Of a stretch of DNA of 64,000 nucleotides, positions 42,564 to 54,002 are shown piece after piece (position 1 is the stretch's first letter; every line of letters begins with the position of its first letter). Under the pieces are notes generated by a model, which did not search any database, had not been told where the DNA came from, and worked only from the letters and a program-made list of their open reading frames with translations. The position numbers and the translations under genes are program-made. Source of the DNA: an uncultured Pseudomonadota bacterium (GTDB lineage: Bacteria; Oederibacteriota; Muellerivitia; Muellerivitales; Muellerivitaceae); contig CAWJKT010000003.1 in NCBI GenBank assembly GCA_963843375.1, positions 96,001 through 160,000 of the forward strand, read 5' to 3'.

Positions 42564-43988
42564 ATGACCGATTTTATTCGACGCCATATTGGGATTGCAG
42601 GTTTCCTCATCATTGTTTTATTTCAATTTCCCATTAGTCGAGCGAATGCCCTGTTTGACCGGGGCGGGGGCCTTGGAGTTGGCGCTAGGGCCATGGGGTT
42701 AGGCGGTGCTTTCGTCGCTGTCGCAGACGATGCCAGTGCGGTTTATTGGAATCCGGCCGGCCTTGTCCAATTGGATCGGCCAGAATTAGATGGGATGTAC
42801 GGATCTTATTTTAATGATACGGAGCAGAATCTATTTTTCTCCTTTCAATATCCCTTGCCGGATGACATTCATCTAGCTATTAGCGACAATCATTTATTTT
42901 ATTCCGATATTTCTGGATCCAGTGAGGACCAATATACAGGTTCGGTGGCTATCCCTCTTGATTTTGTTCCTCAAAAGCGGTTTTTATTAGGAGTTAATTT
43001 CCGCTATCTTTTTGCCAACTTAGGGACTGGAAATGGGAACGCCCAGGGTGTTGGAGTGGACTTGGGCCTTCTTTATAAAGATCCGTTCAAAGACAATTCT
43101 GAATTTAATGTAGGGGTTGTTTTGACGGATGTTTCCACCGCCATCAGATTTGGGGATACGGGGGTGGAACAAACGATCCCGGCTGTTTTGACGGCGGGGT
43201 TGGCATACAAATTTGACCCTTATACACTCATCGCGGCCGATGTTCCCTGGACATTATCGGATGATATTTTATTGGGCAATCAAAATGTCCGGATTCGAAG
43301 TGGAGTAGAACATTGGTTTTTTGACGGAAAATTGGGATTGCGAGCTGGCTTTGTTAGTTTTGTAACGCTACCCGGAGAATTCAGCGTGGGGGCTAGTTAT
43401 AAAACCGCCGATTGGTCCTTGGATTATGCATTCATGAATCATTCTGACGACCTTGGCGATAGTCACCGCATCGATGCGAATTATTATTTTAATTCGGGAA
43501 CAGGGAAATCCGACCCGAAACCTTTCATGGAGAAATCCTTGGTGGGCGACCAAAAAATTTACTTGAAATGGGATATACCGGCAGGGAGTCAAGCGGATGG
43601 GTTCTTGGTTTATGTTAAGAGTGATAACGATAGGGATTTTCATCGGGCTAAACAAGAACTTTTGAAAACAAAATATTGCCTCCTAAGAGGAGCCCAAAAT
43701 GGGTTACGGTACCATGTTTATATTCGTGCCGTAGTTGGAGACCAAGAAAAGTTTTCGTCCGGAGAATGGGTCGTCGTCGCCCAACCCATGTTGGAGGAAG
43801 CGAAAAAATATTACGACCAAGGGGTGGAAGCGTTCGGTAAAAGCAAGGTTTCGATTGCCCTTTATTCCGCCCGAAAAGCGGAAGAACTCGATCCCAATAA
43901 CTACGATATCAAAGATCTGATCCAAAAATTGGAGACCACTCATCATGAGGGTTTGGTGCCTGAAGATGACCACCCGTTGACACCGTAG
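42564..43988 (+). CDS. PorV-like outer-membrane barrel fused to an FN3-like domain and a TPR
   Basis: GVGARAMGLGGAFVAVADDASAVYWNPAGL; LGDSHRIDANYYF barrel end; IYLKWD...NGLRYHVYIRAV (FN3-like); YYDQGVEAF...ELDPNN (TPR). Confidence 0.75.
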   Translation: MTDFIRRHIGIAGFLIIVLFQFPISRANALFDRGGGLGVGARAMGLGGAFVAVADDASAVYWNPAGLVQLDRPELDGMYGSYFNDTEQNLFFSFQYPLPDDIHLAISDNHLFYSDISGSSEDQYTGSVAIPLDFVPQKRFLLGVNFRYLFANLGTGNGNAQGVGVDLGLLYKDPFKDNSEFNVGVVLTDVSTAIRFGDTGVEQTIPAVLTAGLAYKFDPYTLIAADVPWTLSDDILLGNQNVRIRSGVEHWFFDGKLGLRAGFVSFVTLPGEFSVGASYKTADWSLDYAFMNHSDDLGDSHRIDANYYFNSGTGKSDPKPFMEKSLVGDQKIYLKWDIPAGSQADGFLVYVKSDNDRDFHRAKQELLKTKYCLLRGAQNGLRYHVYIRAVVGDQEKFSSGEWVVVAQPMLEEAKKYYDQGVEAFGKSKVSIALYSARKAEELDPNNYDIKDLIQKLETTHHEGLVPEDDHPLTP

Positions 43989-44072
43989 CTGTTGGTTCTG
44001 GAGCTATTGCATTCATGGCTTGTTTTGGAAGGTAACTTCTCGTAGAATAATTTGCCTAAGTATAGGTTAATG

Positions 44073-44102
44073 ACTCTGCCAAGAGCGGCAGGGTTTTTTT
44101 TT
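44073..44102 (+). terminator. Intrinsic terminator immediately upstream of purA
   Basis: ACTCTGCC-AAGAGC-GGCAGGGT followed by a T run. Confidence 0.75.
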
Positions 44103-44111
44103 GTCCAATAA

Positions 44112-45449
<1,338 letters not shown>

Positions 45450-45522
45450 TCCCATCAAAATCATTTACTTTGCAATTTTGGGTTAAAAAGTATATTTTCT
45501 GTGCCTTCCTAGGTTCTTGGGT

Positions 45523-45598
45523 GAGTCGTTAGCTCAGTTGGTAGAGCACCACACTTTTAATGTGGGTGTCCCGGGTTCGAATCCCGGACGACTCACCA
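45523..45598 (+). tRNA. tRNA-Lys (TTT)
   Basis: GAGTCGT/ACGACTC acceptor stem; CCACA-CTTTTAA-TGTGG anticodon arm; encoded CCA. Confidence 0.96.
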
Positions 45599-45703
45599 AA
45601 AAACCTTTGGAAATAGTGGCCTTTTGTAAATCATCTACCTGTTGAACCTCAATCCTGCTTTTAGCTTCACAACGAAATGTAAAGTTGGAGTGGTGGAAAA
45701 ATT

Positions 45704-46192
45704 GTGAACCTAAAAAGATTCGGGGTCATTGGGTCAGTTCTTCTTATGGTGAGTGTTTTTTCGCCTGTTGCAAATCTTATGGACCTTATACAAATAACGG
45801 GGGGCAGAATCTATTCTTGGCCCCGAAATGCGTCCTATGTCACCCATTCTTTTTTAGATACAGCAATTTTCTTGGTTGGTTCTTCTTGGTCATTAATTCT
45901 TACGCTGAGATGCAGATACAGGGATTTGACAATTGTTTCTTTGGGTCTAATTATGGTTTTTATTTTCATGGTTTTCCAAATCCACACATATCTTTTTTAC
46001 AACAGAACAACATTCATAGACGATGTAGAAACGCTCAGTTGTTTCCAATCGGCAAACAACCCGGAGATGATAATGAATACATTAGCGGATAAAACGGGTT
46101 ATGGGTGGGGTTTGATACTTTATATTGTCGGAATTGGTTTGCTATTGTATACGGGTTATTCTGGACAGAAAAAACAAGTGAAGATTTCCTAA
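45704..46192 (+). CDS. Hypothetical 4-TM membrane protein
   Basis: Four hydrophobic segments; C-terminal GYGWGLILYIVG. Confidence 0.6.
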   Translation: MNLKRFGVIGSVLLMVSVFSPVANLMDLIQITGGRIYSWPRNASYVTHSFLDTAIFLVGSSWSLILTLRCRYRDLTIVSLGLIMVFIFMVFQIHTYLFYNRTTFIDDVETLSCFQSANNPEMIMNTLADKTGYGWGLILYIVGIGLLLYTGYSGQKKQVKIS

Positions 46193-46201
46193 CGGTGAAA
46201 A

Positions 46202-46762
46202 ATGAAAAAATATTTCACGCTATGGCCCAGAATATCTACAAAGAATCTCCACTTTGGTGTGGTAAGAACTTTCCATTTAACCGTGCTAATGATTGTTGGT
46301 TTTGGCTGTACCGGTAGTTGGCGAAACGGAATTCCTTCCCAGGTGGATGTTTATGATGTTTCTTCTTCGGCCCAAAACTACCCCAAGGTGCCCCCCGACC
46401 AAATCATCGTCTACCCCTCCAAGAAATTTGCCCCTAAACAGTATTTGGTCTTGGCCCGATTGAAATCTGGGGGAGATAGCAGATACGTTTCCCAAGAGGA
46501 TCTATTCGAAGAATTCAAGGAAAAGGCCGGGGCATTGGGGGCGGACGCGGTTATTATTTTGGAAACCACCACACCCGGGGAAGGAGTCCAAATTGTAACG
46601 GGCCAACAACCCATTAATGATCTTGGCTACGTCGTCCACTCGCATGATACTGGTATTACCGAAATTACCCCCAACCCCGATACCGGCCCCCCTAAAAAAA
46701 TATTCAGAGGTTACGCTCTTGCGATTCGATCAATACTTCAAGATTCATCAGGAAAAGAGTAA
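46202..46762 (+). CDS. Putative lipoprotein with a YbjQ/RcsF-like small domain
   Basis: VGFGC lipobox; FKEKAGALGADAVII motif. Confidence 0.55.
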   Translation: MKKYFTLWPRISTKNLHFGVVRTFHLTVLMIVGFGCTGSWRNGIPSQVDVYDVSSSAQNYPKVPPDQIIVYPSKKFAPKQYLVLARLKSGGDSRYVSQEDLFEEFKEKAGALGADAVIILETTTPGEGVQIVTGQQPINDLGYVVHSHDTGITEITPNPDTGPPKKIFRGYALAIRSILQDSSGKE

Positions 46763-46763
46763 A

Positions 46764-47633
46764 ATGAAATATTTTATTGCGTCATGGCCCCTTAGATCCA
46801 CAAAGACCATCACCATTCTTACCCTGATCCCCCTGCTTTTTCTCTTTTCGACTATGCCGGCGGCCGCCTGGGGCCCTGTTGGCCATGAAACGGTGGCCTA
46901 CATCGCCGCGGATAATCTCACTTCGACCGCCAAACGGAAGATCACCGCAATCCTGGACCAGAAGGACAACCTCGCAAGCATTTCTAATTGGGCAGACGAG
47001 ATTAGGGAATCCCACCAATGGACAGCCCAATGGCATTACATTGACCTGCCGATCCGAAAGGATATAACCGTCAAAGATGAAGAGGATTATTGTCCTTCCA
47101 GTAATTGCGTCGTGGACCAATTGCAGATTTTCGAGGGAACCCTCGGGGACGAATCCAAACCCAGATCAAAGCGCTTGGAAGCCCTTAAATTTGTTGTCCA
47201 TTTTATGGGCGACCTCCACCAGCCTCTACATTGCGCCGACGACAGCGACCGCGGGGGAAACGAGAAGGAAGTCCGGTTCAAGATGCCCGGCCGACGTGGC
47301 CACGGGGCAAAGATCAAATTACACGCCCTTTGGGACCGCCTGATTGAAACCCGAACAGAGGAAGATCCCCGGGAGTTGGCCACAGAGTTGGAAAAGAGGA
47401 TTACAGACAATGAAAAGGCCTCTTGGCCCACCGGAGAGGAGAAAGATTGGGCCTTCGAAAGCTACATCATCGCTAAAACCCAGATTTACCCAGGTTTTGA
47501 ACCAGGTCCCCAGGACTACACAGACACCCCCCTCCCAAGGGATTATTATCGTAAAATGAGGCCCATCGTGGACCAACAGCTTGAGAAGGCGGGGATCAGG
47601 CTTGCTTATGTTTTGAATGAGATTTTAAAGTAG
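46764..47633 (+). CDS. Secreted S1/P1 family zinc nuclease
   Basis: Signal peptide ending AAA, then WGPVGH; WADEIR, WHYID, HFMGDLHQPLH, LHALWD. Confidence 0.93.
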   Translation: MKYFIASWPLRSTKTITILTLIPLLFLFSTMPAAAWGPVGHETVAYIAADNLTSTAKRKITAILDQKDNLASISNWADEIRESHQWTAQWHYIDLPIRKDITVKDEEDYCPSSNCVVDQLQIFEGTLGDESKPRSKRLEALKFVVHFMGDLHQPLHCADDSDRGGNEKEVRFKMPGRRGHGAKIKLHALWDRLIETRTEEDPRELATELEKRITDNEKASWPTGEEKDWAFESYIIAKTQIYPGFEPGPQDYTDTPLPRDYYRKMRPIVDQQLEKAGIRLAYVLNEILK

Positions 47634-47877
47634 GAAAGGGAAGTTGTTTATCCAATCGTTTAAACTGAAACCACTGCGGGCAAAGAAGCGGGATGGCAAA
47701 GAAACCAAATCCAGAAGCCTAATGTGCTGGGTTGAAGTTTAAGAATAGTTCCGGGGCAAGAAAATGGTATAAAATGAAGGTCCCGTCGGTCCACAAGAAG
47801 ATGTAGCGGACCTAAAAATGATTCAGAACAAATCGATTATAGTAGTTCATAAAACATTAATTAGAAGAGAGGATGTT

Positions 47878-48462
47878 ATGTCGCCTACTCCCTCAACGAT
47901 GCTGCCTCTGGGATCGCAAATCCCTAATTTTAAGGTTTTGGATGTAACGACCGAAAAGTGGCTTACTAAGGATGATTTTTCTCCTCGCCATTTGTTGCTG
48001 GTCATGTTTATCTGCAGACATTGCCCTTACGTAAAACATGTTCAGAATCAATTGGCCTTGTTGGGCGGGGATTACATCCCTAAGGATGTTGGGATTATCG
48101 CCATCAGTTCCAATGACGCGGAGCATTATCCTGATGACTCCCCCAAGAGTTTGCGAGAAATGGCCCAAAATCTCAAATTTAATTTCCCAATAGGTTATGA
48201 TGAAACCCAGGCGGTTGCTAAGGGTTTTCGGGCAGCCTGTACACCTGAGTTTTACTTATTCGATAACACTCGTCGATTGATTTATCGGGGTCAATTAGAC
48301 GAAAGTCGGCCGAAAAATGATGTTCCCGTGACTGGAGGCGATTTAAGGGCCGCAATGGACGCTGCCTTGTCAGGAAATAGGGTTAATTCTGATCAAAAAC
48401 CTGGAATCGGTTGTAACATCAAGTGGAAACCTGGCAACGAACCGGATTACTTTTCTCGTTAA
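47878..48462 (+). CDS. Thioredoxin-like/AhpC-TSA family protein
   Basis: MFICRHCPYV, AISSND, AACTPEFYLFD, YRGQLD, GCNIKWK. Confidence 0.9.
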   Translation: MSPTPSTMLPLGSQIPNFKVLDVTTEKWLTKDDFSPRHLLLVMFICRHCPYVKHVQNQLALLGGDYIPKDVGIIAISSNDAEHYPDDSPKSLREMAQNLKFNFPIGYDETQAVAKGFRAACTPEFYLFDNTRRLIYRGQLDESRPKNDVPVTGGDLRAAMDAALSGNRVNSDQKPGIGCNIKWKPGNEPDYFSR

Positions 48463-48515
48463 AAACGCCTTATAAACCTAAACTTTCTCGTGTTTCCATT
48501 GATTTCATAGTATAA

Positions 48516-51043
48516 TTGATGTCCAGTTGTTTCCACCCTTATCCGAAGGGGCTTGGATTGAACGTTCCCCATCAACTTAAAACTTTTTTGGATGATGTCC
48601 TCCTGAAAGCCGTTAGCGATATCGGGGAAGGCGTCATCGTTTTAGATTTTCCTCGAATTATTTATTCCAATGAGGCTTTTTGCAAGATGGCCGGATTTGA
48701 GGAAGATGAGCTTACTTCCCATCCGTCCTTTTTTGATTTAATCCCCATGGAAAATAGAGAATTCGATAAAAGAAAAAGTTCGTTTTTTTATAAAAAACAA
48801 GCAATCGTTCTGGACGCTTCGAAACGGTGCTCCAAGGGTAAAACAGGGAAAACATTACAAATCGAATTGACTCTAAACTCCATTGATGATGGGGAACAAA
48901 ATAGAATATTTTCGATTGTCCGTGACATCACCGAGCAAAAAACCCTAAAAAATCTTTTGGAGACGCAGGGAGTTCAATACGAACTTCTTTTTCAAAGTAA
49001 TCCGCATCCTATGTGGATTTATGATTTGGATACACTCTCCATTTTAACCGTCAATGATTCCGCAATTCAAAAGTATGGATTTACCTTTCATGAATTTTTA
49101 AGCTTATCTATCAAGGATGTCCGGCCGCCTCAAGACGTTCCTGAACTTTTAAATCGAATTAATCAATTTAAAGAAAGTTCAGCCGTTATCCGAGAGGTGG
49201 TCCGGCACAGGACGAAAAACGGGGCAATTATCGATGTTGAGGTGATGTCCCATCCGATTAGTTTTGGTGGTAAAAAAGCACGAGTGGTGATGGTTTCGGA
49301 TTTAACCGATCATAAAAAAGCCGAAATGGCTCTTCAAGAAAGCGAGGAAAAGTTTCGGGTTCTATTCAACAACGCCATCGATCCGATTCTTTTATTCGAG
49401 GTATCGGATGATGGTGTACCTGGGAAATTTCTTGAAGTGAACGATATTGCCTGTTCCAAGCTTGGATATACCCGAGAAGAATTGCTTGAGATGAATCTTT
49501 TTGATATTTCCGCATCCGGAGGACCTAAACGATCTTCCGAGAATATTTAAAAAGCTTTTACAACAAGAACACGCTACTTTCGAAAAAATTCATATCGCGA
49601 AGAATGGGTTGAAAATTCCGGTAGAAATCAATTCCCATGTTTTTCATTGGAATGGAAGGCGCTTTGTTCAGGCCATTGCCCGCGATATTACCGATCGCAA
49701 AAGAGCCGAAGAAACAATCCGCCGACAAGCTTATTATGATGTTTTAACGAATCTTCCCAATCGAAATCTTTTTAAAGACCGATTGGAACAAGCTATGAAA
49801 CAGGCCCATCGAAATAAACAAATCCTGGGCGTGATCGTTCTTGATCTGGACCGGTTCAAAAACATCAATGAGACTCTCGGCCACATTTTAGGGGATAAAT
49901 TGCTTGTCGCGGTGGCCGAAAGACTTTTAGGAGTTCTGAATGAAAGCGAAACCATTGCCCGATTTGGGGGCGATGAATTTACTCTTATTACTGCCCCAAG
50001 TTATCAGCATTGAGGAAGCCACTCAACATGCCCAAAAAATTATTGAACTTCTGGCCGCTCCTTTCAAATTAAGCAATCATGAGCTGCACGTGACAACGAG
50101 TATTGGAATGGCTTTTTACCCGGATGATGGTGAAAATTCCGAGATTCTTTTGAAAAACGCTGAAACCGCTATGTACCGTGCAAAGGAACAGGGCCGCAAC
50201 AACTATCAACTTTATGCGTCGGTTATGAATGTCAGCGCTTTTAAGCAATTGTTAATGGAAAATAGTCTTCGTCGTGCTTTGGAAAAAGAAGAGTTCGTTG
50301 TTTATTACCAACCCCAGATTGACATTAAGACTCAACGGCTTGTTGGGGCTGAAGCCTTGGTACGTTGGCAGCATCCTGACCTTGGGCTGGTTTTTCCAAC
50401 TGAATTCATCGGACTTGCAGAAGAAACGGGGTTGATTGTTCCGATCGGTGAGTGGGTTATTCGGAAAGTTTGCGCCCAAAACAAAAAATGGCAGGATGCT
50501 GGATTTGAAAAAGTTTGCATTTCCGTCAACCTTTCCGCCCGACAATTTCAGCAAAGAAATTTGGTGGCTACTATTTCCCATATTCTTCAAGAAACGGCCT
50601 TGGATCCCCAGTATCTGGGAATGGAAATCACGGAATCTATCGCCATGAAAAACGCGGATTTCACGATTTCGGCTTTGAATGAATTGAAAAAAATGGGAGT
50701 CCATTTATCTCTGGATGATTTTGGAACAGGTTATTCATCTCTTAGTTATTTGAAAAGATTCCCTTTGGAAACTTTGAAGATTGACCGTTCATTTGTCAGG
50801 GACATCACGACGGATCCTAATGATGCGGCTATCGTTACTGCTGTGATTGCGTTGGCTCATAGTCTTAAGTTGAATGTGGTTGCCGAGGGAGTTGAGACGG
50901 ACGGCCAGTTGAGCTTTTTGAAAAACCATGATTGTAACCACGTACAAGGGTATATTTTCAGTCACCCATTGTCGGAAGAAAATTTCTTGAAAACGTTGAA
51001 GAATTATCGCCAAAAACTTAAGTGGAACGCCGCCTGCTTTTGA
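48516..51043 (+). CDS. PAS-PAS-PAS-GGDEF-EAL c-di-GMP signalling protein; frameshifted near 49520 and 49990
   Basis: PAS motifs; YDVLTNLPNR, DLDRFK, RFGGDEF; EALVRW, DDFGTGYSSL, KIDRSF, AEGVE. Confidence 0.92.
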
Positions 51044-51482
51044 GGGCGCGTTCGATGTCCCGATTGGCCTCTTTTTCTTTTAGCTTATCCCGCTTGTCCT
51101 TGACGTTTTTTCCTTTTGCCAATGCCAATTGAATCTTTACTTTTCCGCCTTTGAAATAAAGTTTTACCGGAACCATACTAAGTCCCTTTTCGTGAACACG
51201 GGCCGCCAGACGATTGATCTCATTTCGGTTCAATAAAAGTTTTCGAACGCGCGTGGGATCCGGATTGTAGCGGTTGCCTTGCTCATAAGGGGAAATATGC
51301 ATTCCATACAGGAATATTTCGTTATTTTCAACCCTGGCGAAACTTTCCTGCAAATTGGCTTTTCCGTTTCGAATCGATTTTACCTCGCATCCAGCTAAGG
51401 CGATCCCGGTTTCAAGACTTTCCAAAATGAAGTAATCGTGGTGGGCCTTGCGGTTTTGAAGCGAAGGGGCTCGTTCAGGCAT
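51018..51482 (-). CDS. smpB: SsrA-binding protein
   Basis: NRKAHHDY, GIALAGCEVKSIR, RKLLL, LAKGK...DKR. Confidence 0.97.
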   Translation of the reverse strand: MPERAPSLQNRKAHHDYFILESLETGIALAGCEVKSIRNGKANLQESFARVENNEIFLYGMHISPYEQGNRYNPDPTRVRKLLLNRNEINRLAARVHEKGLSMVPVKLYFKGGKVKIQLALAKGKNVKDKRDKLKEKEANRDIERALKSRRRST

Positions 51483-53524
51483 AAATCCTCGCGAGAGTCA
51501 ATCGTTGAAAAACCATGTCGACGGTTAAAACTTGCACTTTTAACAAATCACCCATTTGGATTTTGGATCCTCTTTTACCTCTTAAGACCATTGACGGCGC
51601 ATCCAACTGATAATCGTCATCCGTTAGGTTTTCCAGAGGAATAAAACCCTCTATTCCATAGGGGTTTAATTCCACATAGGCTCCATAGGGTGTTAAATGG
51701 CGGACAGGACCTTCGAACTTTTGATTAATCTTGTTTTCCATAAAGCGCAGTTGAAGGATTTTTTGGCTTTCTCTTTCGGCCTTTTCAGCGATTCTTTCCT
51801 GTTCGCTGCTATGCAGGGCTATTTTCTCCAGGGGCTTGGCTTGGCCAATGATTTTTTCAGTTTGAAGAGCTTTTTTTAAAGCTCGATGAACCATCAAATC
51901 CGGAAAACGGCGGATAGGGGAAGTGAAATGGCAGTACGATTTTAAGGCCAAGCCAAAATGGCCCGCGTTTCGGGTGGAATAAACCGCCAATTTGAGGGAC
52001 CTCAAAGCCAGATTGGAAACAACCGCCTCATAAGGACCGCCTTTCACAGATTTGAGGAGTGTTTGAAGCCCCATCGGTGTGGTCAGGTCCAAGCCCTTGA
52101 AGGGAATGCGATAAGCTCCTAGGAAAGTAACTAATTCCTCCACGTCACTGTCATTGGGCGGTTCGTGAATGCGGTAAACGGCTGGTATTTTCAATCTTTC
52201 CAAATGGGTGGCCACTGCTTCATTGGCCGCCACCATGAAGTCCTCGATGAGTTTATGGGTTTCCAGCCGTTCTTTTTTGCGGACATCGATCGACTTTCCC
52301 ATTTTGAAGAACGGCTCGAACCTCGGGAAAATCAAAATCGAGTGAACCACTGGCTTCCCGTTGTTTGCGGATCCAGCGTGAAATTTTGACCATATCGGCT
52401 AGTACTTGCTTAAAGGGAGCGTATTTAGCTTGGACGGCTTCGGAGGCGGTTCCATCCAAAAACTGTTGGACTTCCTCATAAATGCCCCGGCATCGGCTTT
52501 GAATGACGGACTGGGCAAAACCCGCCTTAATGAATTGCCCCGTGGGACTGTAAGTCAAAAAAGCACTAAGAGTGAGGCGGGGAACTCCTTCCCGAAGGGA
52601 ACACAACCCGTCGGAAAGAGAATAGGGAAGCATTGGCAAGACTCTGTCCGCAAGGTAAAGGCTCGTGCCCCTGATCCTGAGCTTCCTCATTTAAAGGGGT
52701 GCCCTCCCGCACATAGTGAGACACATCAGCGATATGGACACCCAACTGGTAATTGCCGATGGAGTTAATCTCCAACGAAATGGCATCGTCAAAATCCTTG
52801 GCGTCGGCCCCGTCGATGGTCATGACCGAGCATGTTCCGGAGATCGAGCCTTCCTTGCCAATCGCTTTCGTTTGGGTTTTCAGGCAATCCCGCCACTTGG
52901 GATTCCACTGGTTTTGGGAAAGAATCTGGCCATTGGTACTTGCGGATAACGGATTTGATATCGACCCCGGGGTCTTCGGGAAAACCCAGGATTTCCACCA
53001 ATTGCCCTTCCATTGGGCCGTCTCCTGGCCATTTGGTGATTTTAACTACGGCTTTTTGCCCGACCTGTCCCTTGAGCGATCCCCGCCTCAGAAGAATGGG
53101 TTGGGTTACTCGGAAATCATCAGGTTTTAGAGAGAAAATTCCGTTTTCTTTTATGAGGGTGCCCACCAATTCTTCGTGGGCTCTTTTAACGATTGAAACA
53201 ATGGTGGCCGAAAATTTTCCTTCTTTAAAAAACGAATCCTTGCCCACTCGAGCTTTGACCGTATCCCCGTTCAAAATTCCTCGCATTTCCCGGGGAGGAA
53301 CAAAGGCGTCGGGTGAGCCATCCTCGGGAACAAAAAACCCAAAACCTTTTTCGTTTGCCTGGACCTTACCGATCAGTTCCCGGGCACCGGGATCCGGATG
53401 AGGGCGTCTCTTTCCGGCTTTGGAGGAAGAGCGGTGATGTTGGGCGGGACCGGAACGACTATGAAAATGACTTTTTGAATGTTTATCTTTTTTTTGTTTT
53501 CTCTGACTGATGTTTCTTCGGCAA
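51475..53524 (-). CDS. rnr: Ribonuclease R; several frameshifts
   Basis: GFGFFVP cold-shock domain, [42 protein letters not shown]-terminal S1; adjacent to smpB. Confidence 0.92.
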
Positions 53525-53655
53525 TGAGAGATCCTTTAATCAAATGTTAATAAAAGATTTTTGAGGTTGGACCACCAGTTTTCATGGATCGAAATCATGT
53601 GATGGGTGACCGAAGTTAGGCGGGAAAGTTCCAAAAACCCTCAAAAGCGCGTTGC

Positions 53656-53684
53656 TTGACAGCAAATATGCCCTACTTTATACT
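53656..53684 (+). promoter_or_regulatory. Sigma70-type promoter for tRNA-Leu
   Basis: TTGACA-17 bp-TATACT. Confidence 0.75.
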
Positions 53685-53730
53685 ACGGCCTCCCCTGAAA
53701 CAAGTCCCTCAACCTTAGTGATTGTTGTAA

Positions 53731-53817
53731 GCGGAAGTGGCGAAATTGGCAGACGCACTAGATTCAGGTTCTAGCGGGGGCAACCTCATGGGGGTTCAAC
53801 TCCCCCCTTCCGCACCA
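53731..53817 (+). tRNA. tRNA-Leu (CAG)
   Basis: GCGGAAG/CTTCCGC acceptor stem; CTAGA-TTCAGGT-TCTAG anticodon arm; long variable arm; encoded CCA. Confidence 0.95.
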
Positions 53818-54002
53818 CCCTTTTTGATGTTTTTGATAATTCCCTGAGTTCGCTACTTAAGTTGGACCAGAAGGTGTTTGATTCGATAATTGGGGTTTGA
53901 AATTCGGTTCGAACATGGGTGACTATTATTCTCGTCCTTAGGTTTTAAAAATGATCTCCAAATAAAAAAAACGTTCCCACCGAGGGGGTTAGTCGGTTTC
54001 GC

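Noticed and set aside
44050..44085. Fluoride riboswitch resemblance (hairpin followed by TAATGACTCT)
   Set aside because: The 5' GGNGATGGNGTTCNCC pseudoknot half is absent, and purA is not a typical target.
45523..47880. Prophage or integrative element at tRNA-Lys (also checked at tRNA-Gly and tRNA-Leu)
   Set aside because: No integrase, phage genes or att-like duplication of the tRNA 3' end were seen.
50900..51100. tmRNA (ssrA) next to smpB
   Set aside because: smpB overlaps the convergent EAL gene end, leaving no space, and no tRNA-like ssrA ends were seen.
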